This document shows positions 48,981-61,179 of a stretch of 64,000 nt of DNA, piece by piece. The notes below the pieces were generated by a model. It was not told the origin of the DNA. It ran no database searches and saw nothing but the letters and a program-made list of their open reading frames with translations. The DNA comes from Mobula hypostoma (taxonomy: Eukaryota): positions 46,874,001-46,938,000 of the forward strand of contig NC_086108.1 in the NCBI RefSeq assembly GCF_963921235.1, given 5' to 3'. The translations under genes were made by a program, and so were the position numbers. Numbering within the stretch: the first letter of the stretch is position 1; each line of letters begins with the position of its first letter.

Positions 48981-49099
48981 ATGAAACCACTACTGCCAAC
49001 TCTCAAATCTACAAAACCCACAGATGATTATTGTAATCATTACACTACTACACAAAACAGCCAGCATTTGGACCGAACACAAGGAAAACCGCATGATGT

Positions 49100-50840
49100 C
49101 AGAATCCAGTTTATTATTACCAGCATGACGTAAAATTTGTTAACTTAACTGCAGCAATTCAATGCAACACAGAGGGGGAGGGTAGAATAAAACATAAAAC
49201 ATAATAATAAGTAAATCAATTACGTATAGTGAATAGATTTTAAAAACGTGCAAAAACAGAAATACTGTATATTTTAAAAAAGTGAGGTAGTGTCCAAAGC
49301 TTCAATGTCCATTCAGGAATCGGATGGCAGAGGGGAAGAAGCTGTTCCTGAATCGCTGAGTGTGTGCCTTCAGGCTTCTGTACTCCTACCTGATGGTAAC
49401 AGTGAGAAAAGGGCATGCCCTGGGTGCTGGAGGTCCTTAATAATGTTCGCTGCCTTTCTGAGACACCACTCCCTAAAGATGTCCTGGGTACTTTGTAGGC
49501 TAATGCCCAAGATGGAGCTGACGAGATTTACAACCTTCTGCAGCTTCTTTTGGTCCTGTACAGTAGCCCCTCCATACCAGACAGTGATGCATCCTGTCAG
49601 AATGCTCTCCACGGTACAACTATAGAGGTTTTTGAGTGTATTTGTTGACAGGTCAAATCTCCTCAAACTCCTAATCAAGTACAGCCACCGTCTTGCCTTC
49701 TTTATGACTACATCAATATGTTGGGACCAGGTTAGATCCTCAGAGATCTTGACACCCAGGAACTTGAAACTGCTCAATCTCTCCACTTCTGATCCCTCTT
49801 GACGATTGGTGTGTGTTCCTCCGTCTTACCCTTCCTGAAGTCCACAATCAGCTCTTTCGTCTTACTGATGTTGAGTGCCAGGTTGTTGCTGCAGCACCAT
49901 TCCACTAGTTGACATATCTCACTCCTGGTTAAACTCCTTCAGTACCAGATGCAGCAATTCAGATCAACAGGTTTACTATCAGGACACTGTCAGGACAGAT
50001 CTATAGAGTCTCTCAAAAGCAGAGGTGGAGGACTATGCGTCATGATCAACTCTTCTTGGTGCACAAATATATCAGTGCTATCCCAATTCTGCTCACCAGA
50101 CCCGGAATATCTAGCAGTAAAGTGTTATCCTTTTTATCTACCATGGGAGTTCTCTGGGGCCATTCTGGCAGCAGTCTACATTCCACCTCAGGCCAATATC
50201 AAGCAGGCTTTAGATGATCTGAGTAATGAGATCAACATGCACAAAACAGCACACCCTAACGCCTTCACCATCATTTTGGGAGAATTTAACCAGGCCAGTC
50301 TGAAAAAAAAGCAACCAGCATCAACACATCACTTGCAATACCACAGGAAACAACACACCGGACCATTGCTACACCACCATCAAGAATGCCTACCTGTGCT
50401 ATTCCACACCCTCACTTCGGAAAGTCTGATCACTTAGCTGTACTTCTACTCCCTGAGTATAGGCAGAGATTGAAGACTGCAGCACCAGCAGTGAGGACCA
50501 AGAAGGTTTGGACAAGGGAAGCACAGGAGCACCTACAAAACTGCTTTGAATCGATGGACTGGACTGTATTCAGGGATTCATCTTTGAACCTGGATGAGTA
50601 TGCTGCAGTTGCTACTGACTTCATTAAAACCTGTGTGGAGGAATGTGCCCACAAAGACTTACTGTACATTCCCAAACCAAAAGCTGTGGATGAACCAAGA
50701 GGCACATCCTCTGCTGAAGGCTAGATCTGTAGCATTCAAGTCTGGCAACCCAGGCCCGTACCAGAAAACCAGGTATGATTTGCAGAGGGCTATTTCAAAG
50801 GTGAAGAGACAATTTTAAATGAGGTTGGAGGCTATATCAG
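49100..50840. mobile_element. Rex1/Babar LINE with inversion (3' part on minus at 49100-49928; APE/linker part on plus at 49929-50840)
   Basis: ORF 49370 (-) FKFLGV...VESILTGCITVWYG...[14 protein letters not shown]; ORFs 49949 and 50386 (+) RGGGLC...VYIPP...GKSDH. Confidence 0.85.
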
Positions 50841-50929
50841 ATTAAAGTTCTTAAATCAGATTTTTTAAAAAAGCCAAGGGATCCTTTTCAAAATCACGTG
50901 AGAAAGAGCACCCTGCTAAAAATTCAGGA

Positions 50930-51165
50930 AGTTTTGAGCAATGTCTCAAAGGCAGCATCTATCATTAAGTACCCCCATCACCCAGGTCATGCCTTGTTCT
51001 CATTGTTACCATCAGGAAGGAGGTACAGAAGCGTGAAGGCACACACTGAACAATTCAGGAACAGCTTCTTTTCATCTGCCATCTGATTCTGAATGGACAT
51101 TGAACCCATGAACACTACTTCATTATTTTATTTCTATTTTTGCACTACCTATTTAATTCAACTAA
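50930..51165 (+). mobile_element. Rex1/Babar 3' end fragment
   Basis: [18 protein letters not shown]...FRNSFF. Confidence 0.85.
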
Positions 51166-51186
51166 ATGCAGGCAAAGGTCTGTATT

Positions 51187-51336
51187 TCTAATCATGTACT
51201 ACAATTTCACCTGGGAGGTGGGAAAGGAAGCAATGAAAAGCCCTATATTGCTCCTACAGCTAGACGTAGGAGCACTATAGGGCTTTTCATTGCTTCCTTT
51301 CCCACCTCCCAGGTGAAATTGTAGTACATGATTAGA
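51187..51336. repeat. 150-bp near-perfect palindrome (71-bp arms, 8-nt loop)
   Basis: 51187-51257 is the reverse complement of 51266-51336 with one mismatch; loop agctagac. Confidence 0.97.
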
Positions 51337-53700
51337 CAGTAACAGTAACTGTTGAATGCTTAGGCTGGTAGGTGGAAGGCAAGGACAAAGTTGTCTTGGT
51401 TCTGTTCTGAGGAAGATGGGGTGAAAACAGAGGTGTGGAAATAGATGAGATGTGCTCAAGGGCATTGTATATTATGGTAGAGGAGAAACCACTATTATGA
51501 AAGAAAGAAGTTTTAGAGGCACCTGCATAGAAAGTTTCACTTTTGGAGCAAATTGATAGAATGGAATGGAGTCCTTTCTGGAGGTGGGGGGGGGGGGAGG
51601 AGCATCATCAAGATAGCTCTGAGAGTCTACGAGTTTGTTGGAGGTTTAGCTATCCTCAGAAGATGGAACTAGATTTCAGAAATGAAAGGGAAGAATCAAT
51701 AATGGACCAGGTGAAGCTGAGGCACGAGTGCTGAAGTACAAGTCCTGCACAAAATTCTGGAAGTTGCACTATATACAGTAAAAGATTGGAGGAATAAGCT
51801 TGATTGGAACTGAAACAAAGACTTCACTCATCCCTCAAAAAGACAGATATATACAATCCTGTAAGATCTCCAAAAAAAAACCTGTCAGCTTTCACAGAAT
51901 CTGACAAGATATGATATTAATGGTGAGGATACGACACCAATATTAGGAAAATTTCTACCGGTAAAATTCTTGAGAAAAGCACAAATGGACTCTCAGCTTT
52001 GATGCCTCAAATCAAAAAGAAAGGAGACTGCAGTTTCAAGCAATCCTATCTAACCTTATAAATAATTGTTGTGAAAAAGAGCAAGAACTGGATTCTTTCT
52101 CAATTGTCTTGAAAATTTCAGGATGACAAAATCCATCTTAATTGTGCTGACCAAGGGATAATTTGTTATCACAGTACCATGACCAGAGAGGTGAATGGAT
52201 AAATTCAGCATCAAGACAAACAATAGATTTTCCTATTGTTCCAAACTAAGTTTCTTTAGAGATATAGATCAAGACAAACTTTTAATTGATCCCTTTAAGG
52301 TAGTGCTGTAAAAATATTGGCTCCTCTCCCACAGGATTCCTGTATTAAGCAGCATTTTAATTGGAGTATATAACAGAACTACATGGCCTTGAACTATCTC
52401 TCTAAAGAACTGCAAAGCTCAAACAGCTGACGTATGTACTTAAAGGGAGGCTGCAAGTTCAATCACCAGGTTATGAATTTTATCCACATTTTTAATTTGT
52501 CAAATTTGGGAATATCTAACAAGACCAAGCTCGCTATCCCTATTAATTGCTCTCATAAAAGGCAACACCTTCTTCCACTAATTTTGTGCTGTTTTATCAC
52601 AGGCTACGTAAAGTATTGCTGGATAGGGAATTCAGAGCTGCAGGACCTAGATCCAAGTTCACACAATCAGAGATCTTCCAGCACCAGGGTAGCCTTTCAG
52701 CCCATCTAATAGAGGTTGCAGGTAAACAACAACTTGAGTGGTATGTGCAATTTAGATAGAACTGTTCACTCTTATTTTTCCCCCAAGTGAAAGAAGTCAC
52801 AAGCTTAGAAGACTAAATTTAAAGAACAATTGCAAACTGTCACAGTAGGTTCTGTGGACTAAACTTTGCAGTCTGTGTTTCACGAAATAGGTGGATATGT
52901 AATCTGGAGGACAGGAAGGGCAAGATGCCAGTCAAGCAAACTATTCCAGATACAAGGCAATGTATTTATTCTTCTACATACCTGACTTGTGACTTCTACT
53001 TCAAATTACAACATATAGAGTAAGGAAAATCACTACTTGCTGTAAATTCTAACTTGACCATTGAACTTGAGGTTGAAGTCCATAGAAATCAAGAGCACAT
53101 CAGTGCTACTATCCTCCAACACCTATGAGCAATAAGAATAATAACTTGCAACTTTGCCCAAATTAGATTTCTACATGATTATCCTAACTAATGGAGTTAC
53201 CACCACTCTTGCTTACACTGCTGTACAACATAAAAAGAAACCACAAGAAATTTCCTGTTTAGCATTTGGATACATTTTTGTGCTTGAGTTTTGATGAAAC
53301 CATCACAATATTCAAGAATTGAAAAGAAACAACTCCTGCCTAGCTGCTAACACAGCCTGCAACTTTAGCTTAGGTTAGCTCTGTTGATTACTTGTGAGGA
53401 ACAGCTCAAATACACGTTCCAACCATTCCTCAGGAGAAGCAGCAATCCAACAGTAAATATCCATCACAAATTGCACTGAGTAGTTTTAGTCCAATAACTA
53501 TAACTGCAGACTGTGTTTGGGCCTCAGCTATCAATAAGATCAATAACTAGGATATGGGACACTAACCTGTGTGAGATATTAAACAATGATCAGATACAAA
53601 GAGGACTCAAGGCGACTTACATAAATTGAATGAATGAGCAAAAGAAATTTCAGTATAATGGACAACTCTGAAGTTATGCACTTTGGATGGAAAGACAAGG

Positions 53701-54140
53701 CATTCTGGTTAATTGGGACACATTGGGACCAGTACATTTTGGCCCAATTCAAGCAGCTGCCCCGATTAGCTGATATTTCATGGAAGTAGTTTAAGTATAT
53801 AAAAAAGGCAAACTACCATTTAACGGAGTAGCAAAATATGTTTTTAAATGAAACACAGAAGAAATTACGACACTATTGATACCATGACAATAGCAACAGA
53901 GGAATTCATCCAGTGTACCTGTATACTGTCGGGCTCTTTTGATGACTGTAAATGAACAAAATCAGTGCAGACACCTTGTGCGGATAATGGACACTAGATG
54001 TCTGCACTGACTTTGATTTTACAGTCAAAGGGAACATACTGTCTCAAATAAATGAAGGGAATCCCAGCTATTTTCTCAATTAGATTTTCTTCTTCAAGGG
54101 ATATCCCAATTAAGTGGCTGCTCCAATTAAGCAGAATACA
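53701..54140. mobile_element. Tigger/pogo-like MITE (same family as 727-4720)
   Basis: ttctggttaattgggacacattgggac at the left and cccaattaagtggctgctccaattaagcagaat at the right form imperfect inverted ends. Confidence 0.65.
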
Positions 54141-54699
54141 GATTTGGAAAAACTGGCATTTTGGAAAGATACAAAAAGAAAGACTTGTTTGGTTTCAGTG
54201 TGGTGCATTGTCTATCACTGCCATATGATGCCAGTACAGTAACAGTTTTTTTTAAAAAAACAGGCATTGATGAGTACACACTTGGACTATTGTGTGCAGT
54301 TTTCATTTCCTTACCTTCAGGATATTCTACGTATAGAGAGAATGCAAAAAAATTTTCACCAGTCTAATTTTGCTGAGGGCAAGATCTGTGGTATTCAAGG
54401 CCAGTGATCCATGCTAAAAACTCCAGCCACGGACTGCGGAAGGCCACTTTAAGAGTGAATAAACAATCCCAATTGAAGTTAGAGACAGAATTGGATGCAC
54501 GTCAGCTCTGGCAGGGTTTCCAGGCATACGGACAAAGTGAAACTTAACACCATGAATGGCTGTAATGCTTCACTCCCGGATGAGCTCAACGCCTTCAATG
54601 CATGCTCTGAAAGAGAGAAAAGTACACCTGTGCGAATCCCGGCAGTATCTAGTGACCCTATGATCTGTCCTAGAGGATGATGTCAGAACGTCTTTCAAC

Positions 54700-55273
54700 T
54701 TAAAATCTCTGGGCATATCCTGATGAATTTTACTCAGCCATCATTGAAAGCATCACTTTTTGATTTCCCGGAGTGTTTTCTCTCTCTCTCTCTCTGCCCC
54801 TACTCAACAGAGATCACTGGCTGTCAGTAACCAACATTAGAAGGGCATCACCAGAGTGAATAGCTGAAAAACTTTCTGCTGACTCCACCAACCCTAGCAG
54901 TCACCTATTCACCAAATTACCATTAGGACGACACATCATCTCCAAAGCTTCTTTCCTGTAGCTATCCAGCTACTGAAAAACTCACTCAGGTGTAATACCC
55001 TAACTATCCCTACACCACATCCATGTAATGGTCTTTCCTGCTCTCTGTACTCTGTCGATAATTATTTAATCTGTTCATATACTTATTTATTTCATTATTG
55101 ATATTTTGCACATGTGATCGTACTGCTAATTGTTGATTGCTGATGGCTATTTGCACTATTGTCTTGTAAATTGTTGTTGGTATTGTATTATTTGTTATGG
55201 TATTCTCCTGTGTTTTACGGAATCACCAATTGTGGTATGTTTCACATACTAGCAATAAAGTGATTCTAATTCT
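54700..55273 (+). mobile_element. LINE 3' fragment nested in the Rex1 copy
   Basis: Ends aataaagtgattctaattctga and interrupts the colinear Rex1 sequence. Confidence 0.55.
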
Positions 55274-58200
55274 GAAGAAGGTGAACCCTCACAAGGCATC
55301 AGGCCCCAATGGGCACTGAAAACCTGTGCCAACCAACTGGTGGGAGTATTCAAGGACATCTTCAGTCTCTCACTGCTGCAATCGGAGGCTTCCAACTGCT
55401 TCAAAAGAGCGACAATCATAGCAGTGCCTGATAGCAGGCGGACCTGCCTCAATGACTTGCCCAATTGCACTCACATCTACCACAACAAAGTACTTTGAGA
55501 GGGTGGTCATGACCAGAAGCAACTCCTACCTAAACAAGGACCTGGACCTGCTGCAATTTGCCTATCACCACGATAGGACTGCAGCAGATGCAATCTCATT
55601 GGCTCCCACTTTACCCTTCTGTTAAACCTTACTTCTAATTACTACTAATTTCTAAACCCTACTAATTTCTTCGGCAGTTGAATGGGGCACGACTGCGCAA
55701 GCGCTTGTAAGTCGGACCATGAGGCAGCGGGAGTGTTTAAAAGAGAGAAGATTAACTGAGCGGACGACGGAGTAGAGGGAGACAGAGTAGGAAGGCTTTG
55801 CTCGAGAGGCTTTGGTGAGCAGAGGCTGAGGAAGAGCTTCACTCCAAGTGAGGTATGGCCGGGTAAGTTCCTTTAATAAATCTAATTACCTTAAGAGTAG
55901 GGAATGGAGGCAGCAGATAGGACAGTTGAGTGCTCCGTTTGCAGTATGTGGGAAGTCCGGACGAGCACAATCGTCCCTGATGACTACATCTGTAAAAGGT
56001 GCATCCATCTGAAGCTCCTGACAAACCGCATTAGGGAACTGGAGCTGGAGCTGGATGAACTTCAGATCATTGGGGAAGCAGAGGCAGAAATAAACAGGAG
56101 TTACAGGGAGATAGTCACCCCTAAGAGTCAGGAGTCAGGTAGCTGAGTGACTGTCAGGAGAGGGAGGGGGAATAGACAGGAAGAGCAGAGCACCCCTGTG
56201 GCCGTTCCCATCAATAATAAGTATACTATTTTGGATACTGTTGGTGGGGACGACCTACCAGGGACAAGTTGCAGTGATTGCATCTCTGGCACTGAGACGG
56301 GACCCTCAACTCAGAAGGGAAGGAGGGAAAAGAGGAGAGCAGTAGTGATAGGGGTTTCGATAGTAAGGGGGAGAGATAAGAGGTTCTGTGGAAGAGATCG
56401 AGAATCCTGGATGGTCTGTTGCCTCCCTGGTGCCAGGGTCGGCGATATCTCGGATCGAGTTCTCAGTATCCTCAAGAGGGAGGGTGAGCAGCCGGATGTC
56501 GTGGTCCATGTAGGGACCAGTGACGTGGGTAGGAAGAGTGAGGAGGTCCTGAAAGGTGAGTTTAGAGAGTTGGGCGCCAAGTTAAAGGACAGGACCTCCA
56601 GGACAGCAATCTCAGGATTGCTACCAGTGCCACGTACAGGAGGGTTTAGAAATAGTAAGGTAGTGCAGATCAACACGTGGCTGAAGACATGGTGCAGGAG
56701 GGAGGCTTCAGATTTATAGATAATTGGGCAGTTTTCCAGGGAAGGTGGGACCTGTTCTGGCAGGACGGTTTACACCTGAACTGGAGGGGGACAAATATTA
56801 TTGCAGGTAGGTTTGCCAGAGAGGCTCCAGTGGATTTAAACTAGATACAAGGAGGGAGGGGAACCAGAGTGTAGGAACAGAAGTAGGGGAGAAGGAAGAA
56901 AAAGAAAATAGTAAAGTTGTTTGCACCGTTAGTGATAAACAGAGAGTAAGAGGTGGAAAATTTCTTAAATACATCTATTTTAATGCGAGGAGCATTATAA
57001 GAAAGGTGGAGGAGCTTAGAACATGGATTGATATCTGGAAGTATGATGTTGTAGCTATTAGTGAAACATGGTTGCAGGAGGGGTGTGATTGGCAACTAAA
57101 TATTCCTGGATTTAATTGTTTCAGGTGTGATAGAATCGGAGGGACAAGAGGGGGAGGTGTTGCATTGCTTGTCAGAGAAAATATTACAGCTGTGCTCTGG
57201 CAGGATAGATTAGAGGGCTCGTCTAGGGAGGCGATTTGGGCGGAATTGAGGAATGGGAAAGGTGTCGTGACACTTATAGGGGTGTATTATAGACCACCTA
57301 ATGGGGAGCGAGAAGTGGAGGAGCAAATTTGTAAGGAGATAGCAGATATTTGTAGTACGCACAAGGTTGTGATTGTGGGAGATTTCAATTTTCCACACAT
57401 AGACTGGGAAGCCCGTACTGTAAAAGGGCTGGATGGCTTAGAGTTTGTAAAATGTGAGCAGGATAGTTTTTTGCAGCAATACATAGAGGTACCAACTAGA
57501 GAAGGGGCAGTGTTGGATCTCCTGTTAGGGAGTGAGATAGGTCAGGTGACGGAGGTATGTGTTGGGGAGCACTTTGGGTCCAGTGATCACAATGCCATTA
57601 GTTTCAATATAATTATGGAGAAGGATAGGTATGGACACAGGGTTCAGATTTTTGATTGGAGAAAGGCTAACTTTGAGGAAATACGAAAGGATTTAGAACG
57701 AGTGAATTGGGACAACTTGTCTTATGGGAAGAATGTAATAGAGAAATAGAGGTCACTTACAGGTGAAATTTTGAGAGTACAGAATCTTTATGTTCCTGTT
57801 AGGTTGAAAGGAAAGGTTAAAAGTTTGAGAGAGCCATGATTTTCAAGGGATATTGGAAACTTGGTTCAGAAAAAGAGAGATATCTACAATAAATATAGGC
57901 AGCATGGAGTAAATGAGGTGCTCGAGGAATATAAAAAATGCAAAAAGCATCTTAAGAAAGAAATTAGAAAAGCTAAAAGATACGAGGTTGCTTTGGCAAG
58001 TGAGGTGAAAATAAATCCCAAGGGTTTCTACAGTTATATTAATAGCAAAAGGATAGTGAGGGATAAAATTGGTCCCTTAGAGAATCAGAGTGGATAGCTA
58101 TGTGTGGAACTGAAAGAGATGGGGGGAGATTTTGAACAATTTCTTTTCTTCGGTATTCACTAAGGAGAAAGATATTGAATTGTGTAAGGTAAGGGAAACA

Positions 58201-58858
58201 AGTAGGGAAGTTACGGAAACTATGATGATTAAAGAGGAGGAAGTACAGGCGCTTTTAAGGAATATAAAAGTGGATAAGTCTCCAGGTCCTGACAGGATAT
58301 TCCCTAGGACCTTTAGGGAAGTTAGTGTGGAAATAGCAGGGGCTCTGACAGAAATATTTCAAATGTCATTAGAAACGGGGATGGTGCCGGAGGATTGGTG
58401 TATTGGTCATGTTGTTCCATTTTTTAAAAAGGGTTCTAAGAGTAAACCTAGCAATTATCAGCCTGTGAGTTTGATGTCAGTGGTGGGTAAATTGATGGAA
58501 AATATTCTTAGAGATGGTATATATAATCATCTGGATAGATAGGGTCTGATTAGGAACAGTCAAAATGGATTTGTGCGTGGAAGGTCATGTTTGACAAATC
58601 ATATTGAATTTTTTGAAGAGGTTACTAGAAAAGTTGACGAGGGTAAAGCGGTGGCTGTTGTCTATATGGACTTCAGTAAGGCCTTTGACAAGGTTCCACA
58701 TGGAAGATTAGTTAGGAAGGTTCAATCATTAGGCATTAATATGGAAGTAGCAAAATGGATTCAGCAGTGGCTGGATGGGAGATGCCAGAGAGTAGAGGTG
58801 GATAACTGTGTGTCAGATTGGAAGCTGGTGACTAGTGGTTTGCCTCAGGGATCTGTAC

Positions 58859-59620
58859 ACACTTCCTCCCTTACCACCATTCAGGGCCCCAGACAGTCCT
58901 TCCAGGTGAGGCAACACATCACCTGTGAGTCGGCGGGGGTGATATACTGCGTCCGGTACCCCAGATGTGGCCTTCTATATATTGGCGAGACCCGACGCAA
59001 ACTGGGAGATCGTTTCGCTGAACACCTACGTTCTGTCTGCCAGAGAAAGCAGGATCTCCCACTGGCCACACATTTTAATTCCACGTCCTGTTTCTATTCT
59101 GATATGTCTATCCACGGCCTTCTCTACTGTAAAGATGAAGCCACACTCAGTTTGGAGGAACAACACCTTATATTCCATCTGGGTAACCTCCAACCTGATG
59201 GCAAGAACATTGACTTCTCAAACTTCCGCTAATGCCCCACCTCCCCCTCGTACCCCATCCGTTATTTATTTATATACACACATTCTTTTTCTCTCTCTCC
59301 TTTTTCTCCCTCTGTCCCTCTCACTACACCCCTTGCCCATCCTCTGGGTTTTTTCCACCTCTCCCCCTTCTCTTTCTCCCTAGGCCTCCTGTCCCATGAT
59401 CCTCTCATATCCCTTTTGCCAATCAACTGTTTCGCTCTAGGGTCCATCCCTCCCCCTCCTGTCTTCGCCTATAATTTTGGATCTCCCCCTCCCCCTCTCA
59501 AATCTTTTACTAGCTCTTCTTTCAGTTAGTCCTGACGAAGGGTCTCGGCCTGAAACGTCGACTGTACTTCTTCCTAGAGATGCTGCCTGGCCTGCTGCAT
59601 TCACCAGCAACGTTGATGTG
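58859..59620 (+). mobile_element. Penelope-like 3' fragment nested in the CR1 RT
   Basis: GIY-YIG domain plus tail; tgtac duplicated at 58854-58858 and 59621-59625; the CR1 resumes at LGPMLFVIY. Confidence 0.93.
59527..59564 (+). ncRNA. Minimal hammerhead ribozyme motif
   Basis: tagtc-CTGACGA-a-gggtctcggcct-GAAAC-GTC-gactg (helix II closing pair is G-U). Confidence 0.6.
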
Positions 59621-60601
59621 TGTACTGGGTCCAATGTTGTTTGTCATATATGTTAATGATCTGGGTGATAGGGTGGTAAATTGGATTAGTAAGTATGGAG
59701 ATGATACTAAGATAGGTGGCGTTGTGGATAATGAAGTAGGTTTTCAAAGCTTGCAGAGAGATTTGGGCCAGTTGGAAGAGTGGGCTGAAAGATGGCAGAT
59801 GGGAGTTTAATGCTGATAAATGCGAGGTGCTACATTTTGGTAGGGCTAATCAAAATAGGACATACATTGTAAATGGTAGGGCATTGAAGAATGCAGTAGA
59901 ACAGAGGGATCTAGGAATAATGGTGCATAGTTCCCTGAAGGTGGAATCTCATGTGGATAGGGTGGTGAAGAAAGCTTTTGGTATGCTGGCCTTTATAAAT
60001 CAGAGCATTGAGTATAGGAGTTGGGATGTAATGTTAAAATTGCACAAGGCATTGGTAAGGCCAAACTTGGAGTATTGTGTACAGTTCTGGTCACCAAATT
60101 ACAGGAAAGATGTCAACAAAATAGAGAGAGTACAGAGAAGATTTACAGGAATGTTACCTGGATTTCATCACCTAAGTCACAGAGAAAGGTTGAGCAAGTT
60201 GGGTCTTTATTCTCTGGAACGTAGAAGGTTGAGGGGGGACTTGATAGAGGTATTTAAAATTATGAGGGGGATAGATAGAGTTAACGTGGATAGGCTTTTT
60301 CCATTGAGAGTGGGGGAGATTCAAACAAGAGGACGTGAGTTGAGAGTTAAAGGGCAAAAGTTTAGGGGTAACATGAGAGTGGTTGCTGTGTGGAACGAGC
60401 TTCCTGCAGAAGTGGTAGAGGCAGGTTCGATATTGTCATTTAAAGTAAAATTGGATAGCTATATGGACAGGAAAGGAATGGAGGGTTATGGGTTGAGTGC
60501 AGGTCGGTGGGACTAGGTGAGAGTAAGCGTTCGGCATGGACTAGAAGGGCCGAGATGGCCTGTTTCTGTGCTGTAATTGTTATATGGTTATAATTATCAC
60601 C

Positions 60602-61179
60602 CGTTACCCGATGCAAGAACACACAGTACTACGGGAGATAAAGCAACAGCTTTTTTATTTAGTAGCTCGCTACTGGAGAGAGAGCACTTAGGCACACACG
60701 TATCAGTGGTCTCTCCCCCAAAGCACAGAGTCACAAAGTTTTTATATCATTTTTGTCATGTAGCAGGAAACAAGTTTTTAGCTACCCCCATGGTCACATG
60801 CCCAGCAACAGTGGTATTTTAAAGACAAAGACCCTTTGGTTACCTTAAAAGGCAAAAGCCATCAAACTCAGACAATGCACACGATGAGGTAGTTCCTCAA
60901 TTTTCAACCGTAGTTTTCACATTTTTTAGACAGAATAATTAAATTACTACATTATGTCCTGCAAGTGAAACAAGGATCGCAAGGTCATATTGAACCTTTG
61001 TCCAACTTAAGAGTATTTATAGAACTAGCTTACGAGACAAAGACAGAAAAGCGGAACTCAATTCACAAAACTTAACTTCTGCAAAATTAAAAAAAGCAAC
61101 ACAGGCAGACCACCCAGACAGAAGTCCAAGCAACCCCTCCTCACAAGGGTCCAGAAACCACCCCCCAACCCCTTCAACG
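60602..61179 (-). mobile_element. Possible solo LTR
   Basis: About 580 bp insert with short inverted ends cgtt...aacg and a minus-strand AATAAA near 60655; no clear TSD. Confidence 0.35.

Larger units (their letters stand above)
55615..60592 (+). mobile_element. Near full-length CR1 LINE (5'UTR, ORF1 Cys-finger/coiled-coil/SGNH esterase, ORF2 APE-RT), decayed
   Basis: ORFs 55904, 56147, 57006, 58132, 58573, 59580 and 59827; several in-frame stops; tail gttatatggttata. Confidence 0.95.
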
